A stretch of DNA of 62,943 nucleotides, filler included, from Octopus bimaculoides (Eukaryota), in NCBI RefSeq assembly GCF_001194135.2. It is 4 parts of 4 records of this genome, joined end to end, with 100 filler letters (N's around TTAATTAATTAA, not from the genome) between each part and the next. Parts side by side here need not be neighbours in the genome. Positions count along the whole stretch, not along the records: positions 23,754 to 29,929 come from NC_068989.1; positions 30,030 to 48,097 come from NC_068996.1; 2 more parts are not named here. One strand, written 5' to 3'. The notes below the pieces were generated by a model. It was not told the DNA's origin. It made no database searches and saw nothing but the letters and a program-made list of their open reading frames with translations. Position numbers and translations under genes: made by a program. Below, one piece after another: positions 26,833-40,158 of this stretch (the first letter of the stretch is position 1; each line of letters starts with the position of its first letter).

Positions 26833-27949
26833 ACAATGTGAACTATAAACTTCCATCAATCTACGTCCCATGTCAAAATTCTGTCTGGATCGCTTTGTTT
26901 TTTATTCATTTGAGTTTGAGAGAGCATGAACCAATCATTTATTTGGTTAAATTCATAAAAACAGACAGTTCTCCAGCTCTGCAAGTATTGGGTTTTATGA
27001 CGTTTCAAATGCGGAAAAAATTGATATTTCCAACTGTGGACATCTTTCAATAGTTCAGTTTGGTGGAAGATGTTGAGCTGATATCTTTCACAATCCCTAT
27101 AACACTAGCGAGATTGATTTAACACAAGTTTTTTTTAATTATTTATCCATCCCTCTCTGCATCTTCACCGTCCTCTTCAGTCGGAATTTGAAGAAGTTGA
27201 TTACCGCTTCACCGTTGAGTCAAGTAGCTGTACTTAGACATTTTAAGCTAGTTCATTATCGTGTATCTTTCACTATAGCCTCAAAATAGAAGAAACCGCC
27301 TACCCTTCTAGATCAAAACAATGTCGCGGGCCAATTTTCACGATAGACTAAACACTGTTTAGTAATAGCGTAAACCGTCCTAAACACTAAAACAATTATT
27401 TGACATAAGTCAGCAATGACTGGACACTGGACGCGTACGGACAGAATTTTCTAATCGTTGTGCGCCCGTCTCCTACTGAACCCACTGACAGAATTACTGC
27501 ACCGATGGATTTATCCGGTACAGATAAATAATAATTTGTCTTGTATCCAACGGACTCTATGTCAAATGAGTTCAGTGCATATTGTGCTATTTTCTATATT
27601 TTATGTATTAGTGCGAATGCTACTAACATCAACAAAATCCCAGGACTTATAATTTTACCAGTCATAGAAAAAATATCTCTACTAGGCGCTGCACGCACAT
27701 TACTTAGAGTACTTTGAATACAATAGAAACACACACACACACACACACACACACTTCGTTGTGCATCGAAAGTAGGCAATAAAAATAACACACCAGAAAT
27801 TATAATTTTGTCCGATGCACTAACGACGCTGCCATTTCGTCGCCTAAATAATAATATTGTTCTTTTTACTAACCATTTGGGATTCATGAAGGGGTGTGTA
27901 AAAAGAATTATAATAATAATAAATTGCAATAATGAATAGCTCGCCAAAA

Positions 27950-28309
27950 GAGGGATGCCCCCGACTAGTCCTCATGAAAATTCTACATAATTATGGTTAC
28001 ACGGACCGCTAGAAAAAGAGTCTCTTTTTTCCCCCTCAATCTACAAGTGAGAGGAAACCCTGCCCATCTATTTGGACCACACTTGTCGCTCTCATCCACA
28101 AATTTACCGTGAGGCTGAATTTCCCTTTCTAGCTTGACATTCCGTTTCACGTGAACCTTGAAACAGATGACGAAGGCTTAGTCAAAGATTTAAATCTTTT
28201 CAATCTCTTCCACTATGCAATCACTTTCACTAAAGCCACCAGATATATAAAGGAAGGCGGCGGAAGATCATAACGGACAAAGTTTATAGTCAGATTCGTC
28301 CTGTACATC

Positions 28310-28310
<1 letters not shown>
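27950..28310 (-). mobile_element. Older Tx1/L1-like 3' fragment
   Basis: PPPSFIYLVALVKVI*WKRLK...FKVHVKRNVKLERE resembles the 58.8-59.1 kb C-terminus. A second short remnant lies at ~27130-27240. Confidence 0.5.
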
Positions 28311-28341
<31 letters not shown>

Positions 28342-28406
28342 CAACAGCAACAACAACGACAACAACAACAACAGCAGCAACAATGATAATGATAATGATT
28401 TTATAC

Positions 28407-28530
28407 CGATAATTTCAAAGCTGTAATCTAATCTGTTTTCCACTCCGAAACACTTGTCGATATCAAAGGTGGAGTACAGTTGAAAGTCTTCATCATAGTT
28501 GTAGAAGTTTAGAACAGCATACGTTTTACT
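28407..28530 (-). CDS. Internal coding exon of an uncharacterised multi-exon gene (SKTYAVLNFYNYDEDFQLYSTFDIDKCFGVENRLDYSFEII+G)
   Basis: Strong pyrimidine-rich acceptor (ttcgtttgtcctcttctatctctttaag), 124 nt open frame, donor G|gtataa. Ends in phase 1, matching the next exon. Confidence 0.68.
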
Positions 28531-28632
28531 CTTAAAGAGATAGAAGAGGACAAACGAATCAATACGTATATCTCATTTTCCTAAGTTATTAGATTAGTTG
28601 AAGATCATGATATCCCTGGCTCATTTAACATC

Positions 28633-28798
28633 GCGTGCTTGCGTTTGTGTGTCTATGCATACATATAAATATAATATTTGATAAGTTAATGAAGTGATTT
28701 TAAATTCTCAAACGGACCACGTGCGTGCGTTTGTGTGTCTGCATACATATAAATATTATATTTAATAAGTTAAAGAAGTGATTTTAAATTCTCTAACG
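28633..28798 (+). repeat. ~85-bp tandem duplication
   Basis: gcgtttgtgtgtct..gaagtgattttaaattctc occurs twice. Confidence 0.85.
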
Positions 28799-28868
28799 CA
28801 GGATAATGCTAATAATATAGCCTGAACAGGATAAACTACCCCTACTTTGTAGAAAAAAAGTGTAGGAG

Positions 28869-28945
28869 GACCAGCTATAAGACTCGAACTCACACCTCCG
28901 TGATTACGCGTCGCGGTGCTCTTAGACCGATTAAGCTAAACTGCC
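28869..28945 (-). pseudogene. tRNA-like sequence (Thr-CGT-like pseudogene or SINE head)
   Basis: Cloverleaf-like: A-box TAGCTTAATCGG, anticodon arm ccgcga-CGCGTAA-tcacgg, T-arm gtgag-TTCGAGT-cttat. Acceptor stem is imperfect and the anticodon-loop U33 is missing. Confidence 0.55.
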
Positions 28946-29476
28946 CCACCACAAGTTTTTCTGTAAATTTAAGATGTATAGAAATCTCGCTTTATGTGAC
29001 GCCATCATATGTTAAATTCAAATTACGATGAACGTAAACAAACAAACGAAGTTTGCTTTAATACCTCTGAAGAATCTATAAGATGTTGCACAAGTATCAT
29101 TCCTGAGTTTACTGCTTCTTATAGCATAAACATTGCGAGCTAATGAAGCTGATTACGAAATTTCTGCTCGCTTGTCATTTATTTATTATTATTGCGATCT
29201 GTATTCGCGTAGCTCTTTAATCTAAAGGATATGTCTATTGAGTTCTAACAATTGTTTATTAGCGTCGCTATGTCTAAGCGAAACGATAATATATGCCCGT
29301 ATACATGCTTATATGTATGTATATACCTTTGTATGTATTATTGAAAAAAAAAAAAAAAATTACAGAGTGATTTGCCATATTGAACCTCTTGGCAGCTGCA
29401 AAAGATATAGATGCGCTAACAATTACAAAAAAGGGAATCACGAATTCAGCCGTCTAAATTAGGAGCCTTATGCAAG

Positions 29477-29900
29477 TACCGTAAATCCTCGAGTATAATC
29501 CGCACTTTTTCCCCCAAAATTTAAAGGTAAAAATTTCTAGTGCGTTCTATATACGAGGTTAAAAATGAAAAATATTTTCTAAGCAAAATTTTCTAAGTGA
29601 TAAATATGTAAAGGCAATTTACTTAATATTTATTTTTCACTGACTTTATTACTGTTATTTCTTTATTTTCTGCAAATAAAGTGCACAAAAAGCTACACGT
29701 TTGCATTATGTTATATATACAATAGTAATAAAGGACGTTACCGTATATACGTTTACAAACCAAGAGCGTTATATAGACCTCCTCGACTCAAGTTAGAGAA
29801 GGGGTGCGTATTATACATAAGGTTTAGGTTTTTCAGAGGTACAGCCCCCTAAAAATCCCCTGCGTACTTGCAATGTATCGATTTCATTACACACATTTAA
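29477..29900. mobile_element. Non-autonomous DNA transposon remnant (Tc1/mariner/pogo-type end)
   Basis: Begins TA-CCGTAAATCCTCGAGTATAA with internal related motifs; the other end is lost at the gap. Confidence 0.45.
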
Positions 29901-30029
29901 ACCCTGTAAAATGATATATGATATATATANNNNNNNNNNNNNNNNNNNNNNNNNNNNNNNNNNNNNNNNNNNNTTAATTAATTAANNNNNNNNNNNNNNN
30001 NNNNNNNNNNNNNNNNNNNNNNNNNNNNN

Positions 30030-31253
30030 TATTTGAGGACATACCTTTTTGGGTCAGTGCTGCATTTTTTGCTAACTCTGTAAAATATTTGTTTCAGAAA
30101 ATAATAATAGCAGATCCTCAGCTAACTCAAGAAATGAAGAGGCATGCTGTTATTGTGGTTATAAAGGCTGAGCATACCGATTTAGAAATATCTCGATTTT
30201 TAAAAGTTGTCAGATCTTTCATTTACAAAGGAGCTAGAGACTGAAGATGGAAATGTATCACCAGTATCAAAGCATAAAAAGCATTCTAAATGCTCTGAAA
30301 TCATCAGAACTCTTGAATTTATTCAGCAAGTTCAACAGACCATTGATTACAATCCCAAAAACGTCCATGAGGTCAATTGCAAAAGATCTCCAAGTGTCAG
30401 AAGGAACAGACAGAAATGTTGTCCACGAAGACATCAGATATAAGTCTTATATGATGAGGAAAGATCAATTTGTCAGAAAAAGCAAAAGAAAATCACTACA
30501 TCAGATCTAAAAGGCTATTAAACAAACTGAAAAATCCAGCAGAAGACTTGATTTGGTTTTTCTCAAATGAGAAAAACTTCGACCAAGATCAAAAAGTTAA
30601 CAGAAGAAATGACAGATGGTTATGTGCAGACCCTTCTGAGTTCCAAGTGTTATGCATACAAAATTTCCTGCAACTGTCATAGTTTTAGGGGTTGTTAGTA
30701 ATGAAGGACATGTGATGCCTCCTTATTTCTTTCCACAAGTCCTTAGAGTTAACTGCCACCTACATTAAGGTCCTGGAAATAATTGTTAAGCCCTGGATAG
30801 ATAGTGTTTGCAATGGAAGGCCATATATGTTTCAGTAAGACTCTGCACTATTACACACAGGAATGGATTGTTGAAAATTTTCATGATCACATAACTCCTA
30901 ACATTTGGCCTCCTAATTCCCCAGATCTCAATCCATTGGACTATTATATGTGGAGCATTGTTGAGAGAGAGGTCAATGAACACACCCATATCACCAAAGA
31001 TTCTTTGAAAGCTACCATAGTCAGAATAATGTCCAAAATGAACCAGGACCACTTGATTCAAGCATGTAGATGATTTATATCTCATATAGAAACTGTTGTT
31101 GAAGCTGAAGGTGGCTTTAGTGAATAACATTATAGAAAAGAAGGTTTATTTTTATCCTCATAGCATTTTTTGATAAATAAAGTTATTATCTGTTATCATA
31201 TATCAGTTTTTTATAAACATAAATCTGCCCTCAAATATCTTATGCACCCTGTA
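30030..31253 (+). mobile_element. Tc1/mariner DD37D (maT-like) transposon; transposase pseudogene ~30134-31127
   Basis: Frameshifted pieces MKRHAV..., SMRSIAKDLQVSEGT, WFFSNEKNFDQDQKVNRRNDRWL, WPPNSPDLNPLDYYMW. The right TIR ends ...tatgcaccctgta; the inner part of the left TIR is at 30030 and the rest is in the gap. Confidence 0.9.
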
Positions 31254-32732
31254 TATGTATGTATGTTTTTTCTATATATTTTCTAATCATTCCCACCATT
31301 TTAATGAGTAGCTCACCATGCTTGCACATGTTTGTGGATTTTCATCTGTCAACATAGTTTTATTTTATACCTTTTCCTTTGTGAGACACAACATCTTGAG
31401 ATCAGTCTTCATCAGTTTACCCCAAGCCTTTCATGGTCTCTCTCTCTTCAGTTTGCATTTTAATAAAAATCTTCCACCAGATTTTTCTGTAAGAACTTTT
31501 TGTTAAGATTGTTTCCAAATATCATTATAATAAGGGAGAATTTAGTTATTTTTGCTAAAGCCTGCTGAATAATTGATTTTCAAAATGAAATAAAACACAC
31601 AGGCAATGTTTGTTATTAGAAATATAGTTCACAAAAAGGTTAATATTTAAACATATGAACCAAAATACACACACAATATGCATACATCTATGCCTGTACA
31701 CATGCAACTTATCTTCCCTTTTGCTTTCTGTTAGTAAAACACAAGATATGGCAACAGCTGAAATTATGAAGTGAGTCACTGGAATCTTTGGCAACAAACT
31801 GTGATTCATTATGGATTTTATACAGTCATATCACATGGTGTCTGACTTTGGCATAGAGCCTGAACAGACATTAGAAGGCCTGACATTCATACCCTTTCCA
31901 CAGGCAGTTGCAGTAGAATTGTTAAAGCATCAGGCAAAGTGCTTTGTGGTATTTGTTCTCTGTGTTCAAATCTCATTAAAGTCAACTTTGCCTTTTATTC
32001 TTTCATGGTTGACAAGAAAATGTCAGTATGAATGAAGTACTGAGGTCAATTTGATTGATTACAAATCAGAGGTTAGAGTGACTTTACATTGTCTTCAACT
32101 TCATTCTGGCAATCCCTGTGAGAATATTGGTGCCAAACTGCATCAGCTCTTGTCCTACCTTGGATAACATCAGTAGCATCGAGAGGGGAGACTTATTGCA
32201 TGAGAAATTATTGGTCTTTCATTCTCTTCCAGATCCATTGGAACTGATAGATTTCTATGATTGAGGAAAATGAAGTTAGGTGGTTTTAGACAGGAATTGA
32301 AATCAAGTTGGGGACATGATTTATTCAAAATTTACTGTCATGGGGCAAATCAAACATAACTGTATTTGTGATTAAGTATCAGTGAATAATTTAGTAGAAG
32401 TGAGAGGATCTTGTATGGTGTCCTCACTCTTTCTCACCACTTTTTAATATGACTTTATTTTTCCGGCCCTACACATATGGTAAACCACTTACATGTTCAT
32501 TGTATCTTATGAACTATCAGCAAAAGTCTTGTGTCAGTACCATGTAAAAAGTATTTGTGCCGGTGCCACATAGAAGTGCTCATGCCAATGGCATGTTAAA
32601 AGCACCCAACCTTAGAAACCAAGCCAAATCAAATTGGACCCTAGTACAGCTCTCCTGCTTGTTAGCTCTGATCGAACCATCCAACCCCTGCCAGCATGGA
32701 AAATATGGAAAATGGATATTAAAGGACTATTA

Positions 32733-32770
<38 letters not shown>

Positions 32771-33996
32771 AAAGGCAGCAAACTGGTAGAATTGCTAGCA
32801 TGCCAGGTGAAATGCTTAGTGGGATTTTGTCTGTCTTTACATTCTGAGCTGAAATTCTGCTAAGATTGACTTTACCTTTCATTCTTTTAGGGTTGATAAA
32901 ATAAGTACCAGTTGAGCACTGTAATCAACTTACCCCCCACCCTTGAACTTGCTGGCCTTGTGCCAAAATTTTAAATCATCATCATTATCATTATTATTTC
33001 TTTGCATAGTATGGAAATAAAATGCTGGTTTTTGTGGGGTTTTTTCCCCTTTCATATTAACTGTCAAACCAAAACAAAAGGCCTTTAACAGAAAGTAATG
33101 TAGATATCTCATTCAGTTGAAATCTATCTTATATCAACATGAACAGAAACAAGAATAGACCATGACTGATTTTGTTAGTTGATTGCTCTAGTTAGGTTCT
33201 GGTTGAAAAGACAGAGAGTAAAAAACTTGCTCAAGTTGAGTTCTGCTAAGATGAGAAAGACCAGTTTATTTGTAGGATGTCCAAGGAAAAAGAAAGAAAC
33301 ATTTTCAAGTTCTTCTGAGATATACTGTTTTCTCATTGGTCAAATAAACTGGTGAAAAATTAATGACCAAGTTTTTACTTAGTTGCATGATGGTTACTAC
33401 AACTTTAATATAAATGACACCAAAACTTGATAACATACATTGTTGGAAGGAAATTCAAACACAAATGAAAATAATCATGCATGTGGGTTTGAAAGGGTTA
33501 ATATGACTCTACCATGATGCGACTGCCTTGATTTCTCAATCCACAATTACAGACTAAATTTCTTGCCAAGCAGGTAAAATATATATATATATGAAAAAAA
33601 AAAAAGAAATTAAAAATTAGAAATAAAGAAAAGTAAATCAGGATATAATTTATAACAGTTAAAATAAAACCTTGCCTCCTCACTGTATAATAAAATAATA
33701 AAACATTAAAACATACTAGATACATGTCATTTCAAAGCTCTTTCAATTTTAATCCTAAATTGCTTCCTATCCAAAAAGGAAATGCCACAAATAGCTGCAA
33801 CATAATCTATTTATATTGGCTCTTCATTTATTCGATGTCCATTAGGATAATGCCGTTGCCTCTTTTTAGACATTTTCTCATCACTCTTCATCTTCCCTTC
33901 ACCTAACACTTCACCCATTAACTCTTTACTCATTCACTATCCTAACTTTAGTTACATATACAACTAATATAATATATATATNNNNNNNNNNNNNNN

Positions 33997-34112
33997 NNNN
34001 NNNNATATAGTTCCACTGCGTGGCACCTTGGGCAAGTATTTCCTACTATAGCCTTGGGCCAACTAAAGCCTTGTGAGTGGATTTAGTAGACAGAAACTGA
34101 ATGAAGCCTGTC

Positions 34113-34156
<44 letters not shown>

Positions 34157-34380
34157 GTGTGTGTGTGTGTTTTGTGTGTCTGTGTTCGTCCTCCAAACAT
34201 AGCTTGACAACCGATGCTGGTGTGTTTATGTCTCTGTAACTTAGCGGTTCGACAAAAGAGATTGATGGAATAAGTACTAGGCATACAAAGAATAAGTCCT
34301 GGGGTCAATTTGCTCGACTAAAGGCATTTCTCCAGCATGGCCACAGTTAAATGACTGAAACAAATAAAAGAATAAAAGAA
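33997..34380 (+). mobile_element. Family A SINE
   Basis: Colinear similarity; 5' end in a gap. Confidence 0.88.
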
Positions 34381-34399
34381 CACACATATATATATATAT

Positions 34400-34800
34400 C
34401 TTTTATCTTTTACTTTTTTCAATCTTTTGACTGCGGCAATGCTGGGACACTACCTTGAAGAATCTTTAGTCAAACTAATCGACCCCAGATCTTATTTTTT
34501 GTAAAGCCTGGTACTTATTCTATCGGCCTTGTTTTTCCAAAACCGTTAAGATACAGGGATGTAAACACACTAACACCAGTTGTCAAGCAGTGGTGGGGAA
34601 TAAATACATGCACAAAGACACACACACATATACAATGGGTTTCTTCTTTACATAAGTCTCAATCCACCAAAACCACCAACAAGGATTTAGTCATCCCAAG
34701 GCTATAGAAGAAGACACTTGCCTGAAGTACTACAGAGTAGGACTGAACCCGGAATCATGTGGTTGGGAGCAAACTTCTTACCACAACAGCCATGCCTGCA
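34400..34800 (-). mobile_element. Family A SINE, tail-to-tail with the previous copy
   Basis: Reverse-complement similarity. Confidence 0.85.
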
Positions 34801-34947
34801 CTTATATATATAAGGTCATGCATGGCAGTGTGGTTTAGAAGCTCACTTTGTAACTATGTGGTTTTGGGTTCAGTCTCACTATATGGCACCTTGGGCAAGT
34901 ATCCCCTGCTATGGATTTGATACACAGAAATTGAAAGGTGCCCTTCC

Positions 34948-35793
34948 TATGAGATCTGATCAAAAAGTATCAGGACTGGTGCCATAAAAAGAAAACTATA
35001 ACACATATCAATCTGGAACTTAACCTCTTCTGAAGCCACACTCTATCCAGCATCGTTTCCATTGATGTAAGCATTCCTTGAGCTTCTTGTTTTAGATAGT
35101 GAGCAGCTGCCTTATCACATTCTCTTGGATTTCCTTGATGTCTTGAAATCTTGTTTCTTTCATGTGGGACTTGATATTTTGAAATAGGAAATGTCACAAG
35201 GGACAAGATCTGAGGAATATGGTGGTTGTTGGACCTGTGGAATGTTGTGATTGGCCAAAAATTGCAGCAAAATTGGCACATACTTGGCAAGCACACATCT
35301 CGTTGAGAATGGACTGAACTGTATCTAATGCTCATACCCTCTAACAACTCACACATGGTGATTTCATGGTCTTTCCAAACAGAGGCACATACATCTATGA
35401 TGTTTTCATCAATTCTGTTGGTTGCATGTCTCTCAGAACTACATCACTGTCAACATTTTATTGGCCATCTTGGAAATGTTTGAACTACTCATACACCTCT
35501 GTCCAGCTCATACACTCCTCTCCATACACTTTCTGCAATTTTGCATAGATTTCTGTGCAGGTATCACCAAGACTTTTGCAAAATTTGAAGCAGATCCTCT
35601 GCTCAATTTTCTCTGTGAGCTGACCACACTACACACTTTACTTCTCAAGTAATGTTATAAACAACAGATGTGAGCAAGAACGTTATAACTTAGTGTGTAT
35701 GTGTAACAAGAGTTCAAGATCAATCAGTGCCAGGCAGCTTTGCTCTGTATAATTTAGCTCTGTTACCATAGAAACAGTTCCAATACTTTTTGA
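34948..35793 (-). mobile_element. Internally deleted mariner element
   Basis: TIR-like ends atcaaaaagtatcaggact / agttccaatactttttgat. Decayed PYSSDLVPCD motif and mariner-type C-terminus. Confidence 0.75.
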
Positions 35794-35795
35794 TG

Positions 35796-36735
35796 TATTG
35801 GGTCATCCCGTAAATAATGTGATTTTTTTTATACGTCTTTTATTTTTCAAAATTAAGATAAACAAAGTTCTTTTTGAATCCAAAATATACTCTCCTTCCT
35901 TTTCTGCAATGCTCTTCCATCTATCTGGTAGACTTGCAAGGCCCCTTTTCTGAAATTCGCTTGTCCATGATGAAAAATACTCCTCCAGTAGTGTTCTGAT
36001 CTTGTCTACAGAATTCATATCTTTTCTGTCCAAATGATTTTGAAGACTGCAGAATAAATGATAATCAGATGGGGGCAATGTTCAGCGAATATGATGGATG
36101 GGGCATCGTTTCCCATTCAAATTGCTCCAGCTTTTGGAATGTCATCCTTGTTGAATGTGGTCAGGCATTATCCAATGGAAGAACACCTTTCCTCTTGAAA
36201 CCAAAGATGGTCGTTTTTCTTCTAGCATTGACTTAAGCCACTCAAGCTGCTCACAGTAGATCTCCTTTATTATCATTTGGTTTGGGTTTAAAAGTTCAAA
36301 GTGGACAAACCCTTTTATATCCTACCAAACAGATAACAACATCTTATGTCGGTGAAGACCTTTAGCCTGGGATGTTGGTGTTTCTCCTTTCCCTACCCAT
36401 TGTCTTTGGCTCTTGACATTTTTATAGAGAACCCATTTCTCGTCACTAGTCACTATTTGGTCCAAAAAAGGTTCATTCATGAGACATGACAACAAAGAAG
36501 AGCACACATTCATTCTCTGCACATGATTACACTTGGAAAGTTTGTGAGGAACCCATTGACCCAATTTGCTGACTTTTCTGATGGCATGCAGGTGTTGATG
36601 AATAGTTGAATGACCAAATCCAAGCTTCTCTGCTAGTTCCTCAAAAGTTACAATGGGATTTTGTTCCACCAGGGTTTACAGGATGTCCTCGTTGAGTTCT
36701 GCAGATCTTCCATGACGAGGCTCATCTTCTAAGCT
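35796..36735 (-). mobile_element. Mariner (DD34D, Hsmar/Mos-like) transposase relic
   Basis: KLGQWVPHKL, FLDQIVTSDEKWVLY, PSDYHLFCSLQNHL, LPDRWKSIAEKEGEYILD. TIR starting TAttgggtcatcccg. Confidence 0.92.
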
Positions 36736-36739
36736 TGTT

Positions 36740-37450
36740 AATTGAAATAAGATAGGGATGGGGAAGCTAAACCTTTAGAAAGTTGGAAAAAAAGGGCCAC
36801 TCTAATGCACACTGACATTACACATCCTGCATAGCATACTAGCTTCATTTCTTACAAGCCTATGCATGTCTTTGACAGTCACAGCCCATATTTCACTGCG
36901 ATCTAGCAGGGCTGTTCACACACAGGCATCAGTCTGAGAGAAAGGCCCTTTGTTCCCAGCAGAGGTAGGAGCTCTCTGAACTTTGCTTAACCTATTCTTA
37001 TTCTAGCAGCTACACTCATGGAGCATCCACCCCTGACTGACTTGGTTGCCTAGGTAATGGAAGCTATCAAATTCTAGTTTTCCTCCCTGGTATGTGATGG
37101 AATCTATTTTCTGTACATTTTCAGTGTTAATTGTACTTGTGCACCTTCCACACACAAAATCTATTTTCCCTGTTAACTTTCCTCTGATATTGCTGCACCT
37201 TTCATGTGTCCATAGCTTACATTGGGTGCATCTTATGGAGTTTCTACCTACGCCTTTTCTATATATCGAGCAGGGCTATCTACCTGAAGGGATTTGTGAT
37301 TTGTCTGTTCTCCTACTAACAAAGATTTTGGTTTTTGCTAGATTGACTCTAAAGCCCTTTGATTGTAGACCTTCTTCCATGTCTGAAATTTCTTCTCTAG
37401 TTCTGGTAGCAATTCAGCTATAAGAACAAGGTCATCAGAATAGAGTAGTA
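36740..37450 (-). mobile_element. RTE-clade LINE fragment (end of RT and downstream Cys-rich region)
   Basis: Minus-strand reading LLYSDDLVLIA...GLQSKGFRVNLAKTKIL...SIRCTQCKLWTHERCS...FVCGRC, with stops and frameshifts. Confidence 0.8.
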
Positions 37451-38000
37451 GTAATAAAAATAACAACTATAAATAAAAATTTAACAATACTGTGTGTATA
37501 ATACTCTAGATAAATATCCAATACAATATAATACACTAGTCCAGAGTGTTGTACAAAGGTGGCAACGCGCCAATGATTGACATCCATATCAATATCTCAA
37601 GTCATAACTTTAGTATTTCAGAGTCTGTGGTAGTAAGGAAACAGCCTATAGATAAGAGTCTGGTGAACTAGCTCTACTTGTCTCTTCCTCTAAACCTCAG
37701 CCTAAAAAAGCCCAAACACATGCTTCTTTATGTCCTATTTCAGTTTGTCAAGAGAGCATCCAGCTACACTTTGGTCAAGGTTTCCACTGAGTTAATTGTG
37801 CAGAGTATACAACAAAACATAATGTTACCTATCTCCTTGCCCTTTCCTGGATATATCTGTTGAGAAAAGAGACACTACTTTTTGTGACGTATTTCCCTTA
37901 TACATCTTTTTCTTTAAACTGGCTCAAGTCAAGTCAATCCCTTTTTTCCCCAAGACATTAGCAAATGATGATAGTATTTTGCTGTTAATGTCGCTGTCAT

Positions 38001-38150
38001 TTTGTAATATGTTCACTTAAATTATTGTTTCAGTTAGCATTTCTTTCTTGTGTTTTTTCTGCTGTGCATGTGTAAATGACAGAAATCAAAGCTCCTTGTT
38101 TCTGTTTGATAATGTTATGCTTGTTTGTATTAATGTTACAACCACTGCAG
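38001..38150. repeat. Left arm of a 150-bp near-perfect inverted repeat (partner 40159-40308)
   Basis: Direct reverse-complement comparison shows about 3 mismatches. Confidence 0.92.
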
Positions 38151-39300
38151 TGAGCACCTCTTCTTTCTGTTTTCAAGGCAACCATCTTTCGATGTGCAAA
38201 TGTTGTAAATGTCAAAAATATTTAAACAGTTCTTTTTTAAATGTCTACAGACAAATCATTCCTCTACCCCAGATAAAGTGATGGATGTTTAAATGCTCCA
38301 AAATCCTTTGGTAGTTAAAGGATATTAAAAAAGCAAGAAATAAATTTTTCTGTTGCAAGGTAATTCTGGAAGAAGACATTTTGTTCACAGCAGACTACAA
38401 CAACAACAACAACAACAATAAAAGTAACAAAGCAACAACAGTAGCAACAACAAAAACAACAACTAGTACTGTTGCTAATAGAACAGCAATTACAACAATA
38501 ATAGCAACTACAACAGCAATATAGCAACAATAGAAACAATCACTACACTGGTAGCAACATAAACAACAACAACAGCTATAACAACAACAATAATAATAGC
38601 AATAATATTGATGTATTCATATAATTTTATGAGTTTATATTTATAAACATCAATCTAATTACAATGCAGTCCATTGAGTTTTATTGAAAAAGATAATCCT
38701 TTGATTAATTGACAAAACTAATTTCTAGCTGTCACAAAGACACACAGAGATACCATAAACAAACTTCAGTATGATACACCGTGCTTTGACTTTACTTTTA
38801 TGTCTTTTCAGCTCATTATAGCTGCTTAATTAGCCCAAACTGTTCTCATCCTGATATAGTATAATTTTCAAATTAACCAGAATCCACTATATTGATATAT
38901 TTAAAAAGAAATTTGTTCACTTTCTTGCTTGTATAGATATAGCATAAAATTTAGATGGTTGAAAATAGTCAGGATATCTTTGGTGTAGAGATTACTACAG
39001 CTATCCAGTAATCAGTTTAATTTCTGTAGGTGATTCTACCTTGTTTTTTTTTCCCTATCCAAGGAACATTTTACTTGATATATTATGAGCCACTACTTAT
39101 GACCACATTTGTTTCATTACACACACACACACACACACACAAAAGACTTTATTTCTGTGTACCAAATCCACTCACAAGGCTCTTGTTAGAGTAGGGTGAC
39201 AGTAGAAGTTGCTCAAGGTCCTCACAGTGTAACTGAACCTGAAATCGTGATTAGGAAGTGAACTTAGCCACACACCCATGCCTGTTTCTTCGAGTATGTA

Positions 39301-39398
<98 letters not shown>

Positions 39399-40158
39399 TA
39401 TAAAGGAGATGTGGACATATAAAGGAGGTAAAGGCTCAAAAGGAACATTAATGACATCAATATTGCTGGTCTAGGGAGGAACCTGAGACCATGGACAATG
39501 CCCCTCCCTACAGATCCAACAAGTAAACCAGAAAAAAAATGTAAAAGTATATTCCCATTAGAAAATGTCTATAAATTATTTTTAAACTATTTTCATTCTA
39601 CTGCAGGTACTCAAGCTAGGTTTCCAGTTTGAAGATGTTTTGCTCCTTCTTTCTGTCCTTCCCATCAGTTTAGGAAGCCCCTAAAGGGATCAAGGCCACT
39701 GCTCTTAATCTTCACTGAGCCAAAAATTTTTAAAAACAGCAACAAATAAACAGAGTAACAATTTCAGATTCCCAAACTTCTTACTGTTTGAGACATAACA
39801 GAAAAATTAGATTCAGACACAAAATAATTTAGGTACAAAGCCAGCAATTTTAGGAGGAAGTTAGTTAATTATGTTGACCCAAGTATATGACTGGTGCTTT
39901 ATTTCACTGATCCCAATAGCTGCCTGGTACTTTATATTACTGAGTGCAAATAGATGAGAGGTAAAGTTAACTTCAGTGCAATTTGAACATAAAATGTGAA
40001 GAGTAAGAGTAAATACCACAAGAGATTTTGTTTGATGCTCTAATAACTCTGCCAACCCACTGTCCTCTTTAGACATGAAATTATAATGTAGTTAAGAGGG
40101 GATGGTTGGTTAAACTCCAACAGCCATGCAAGGCTGGATCAATGTCAGAACCAAAGCT

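Noticed and set aside
29063-29149. Possible extra exon SLARNVYAIRSSKLRNDTCATSYRFFR upstream of 28530
   Set aside because: The best donor (G|gtatta) is phase 1 and creates a stop with the 28530 exon; the acceptor is poor; alternative donors are weak.
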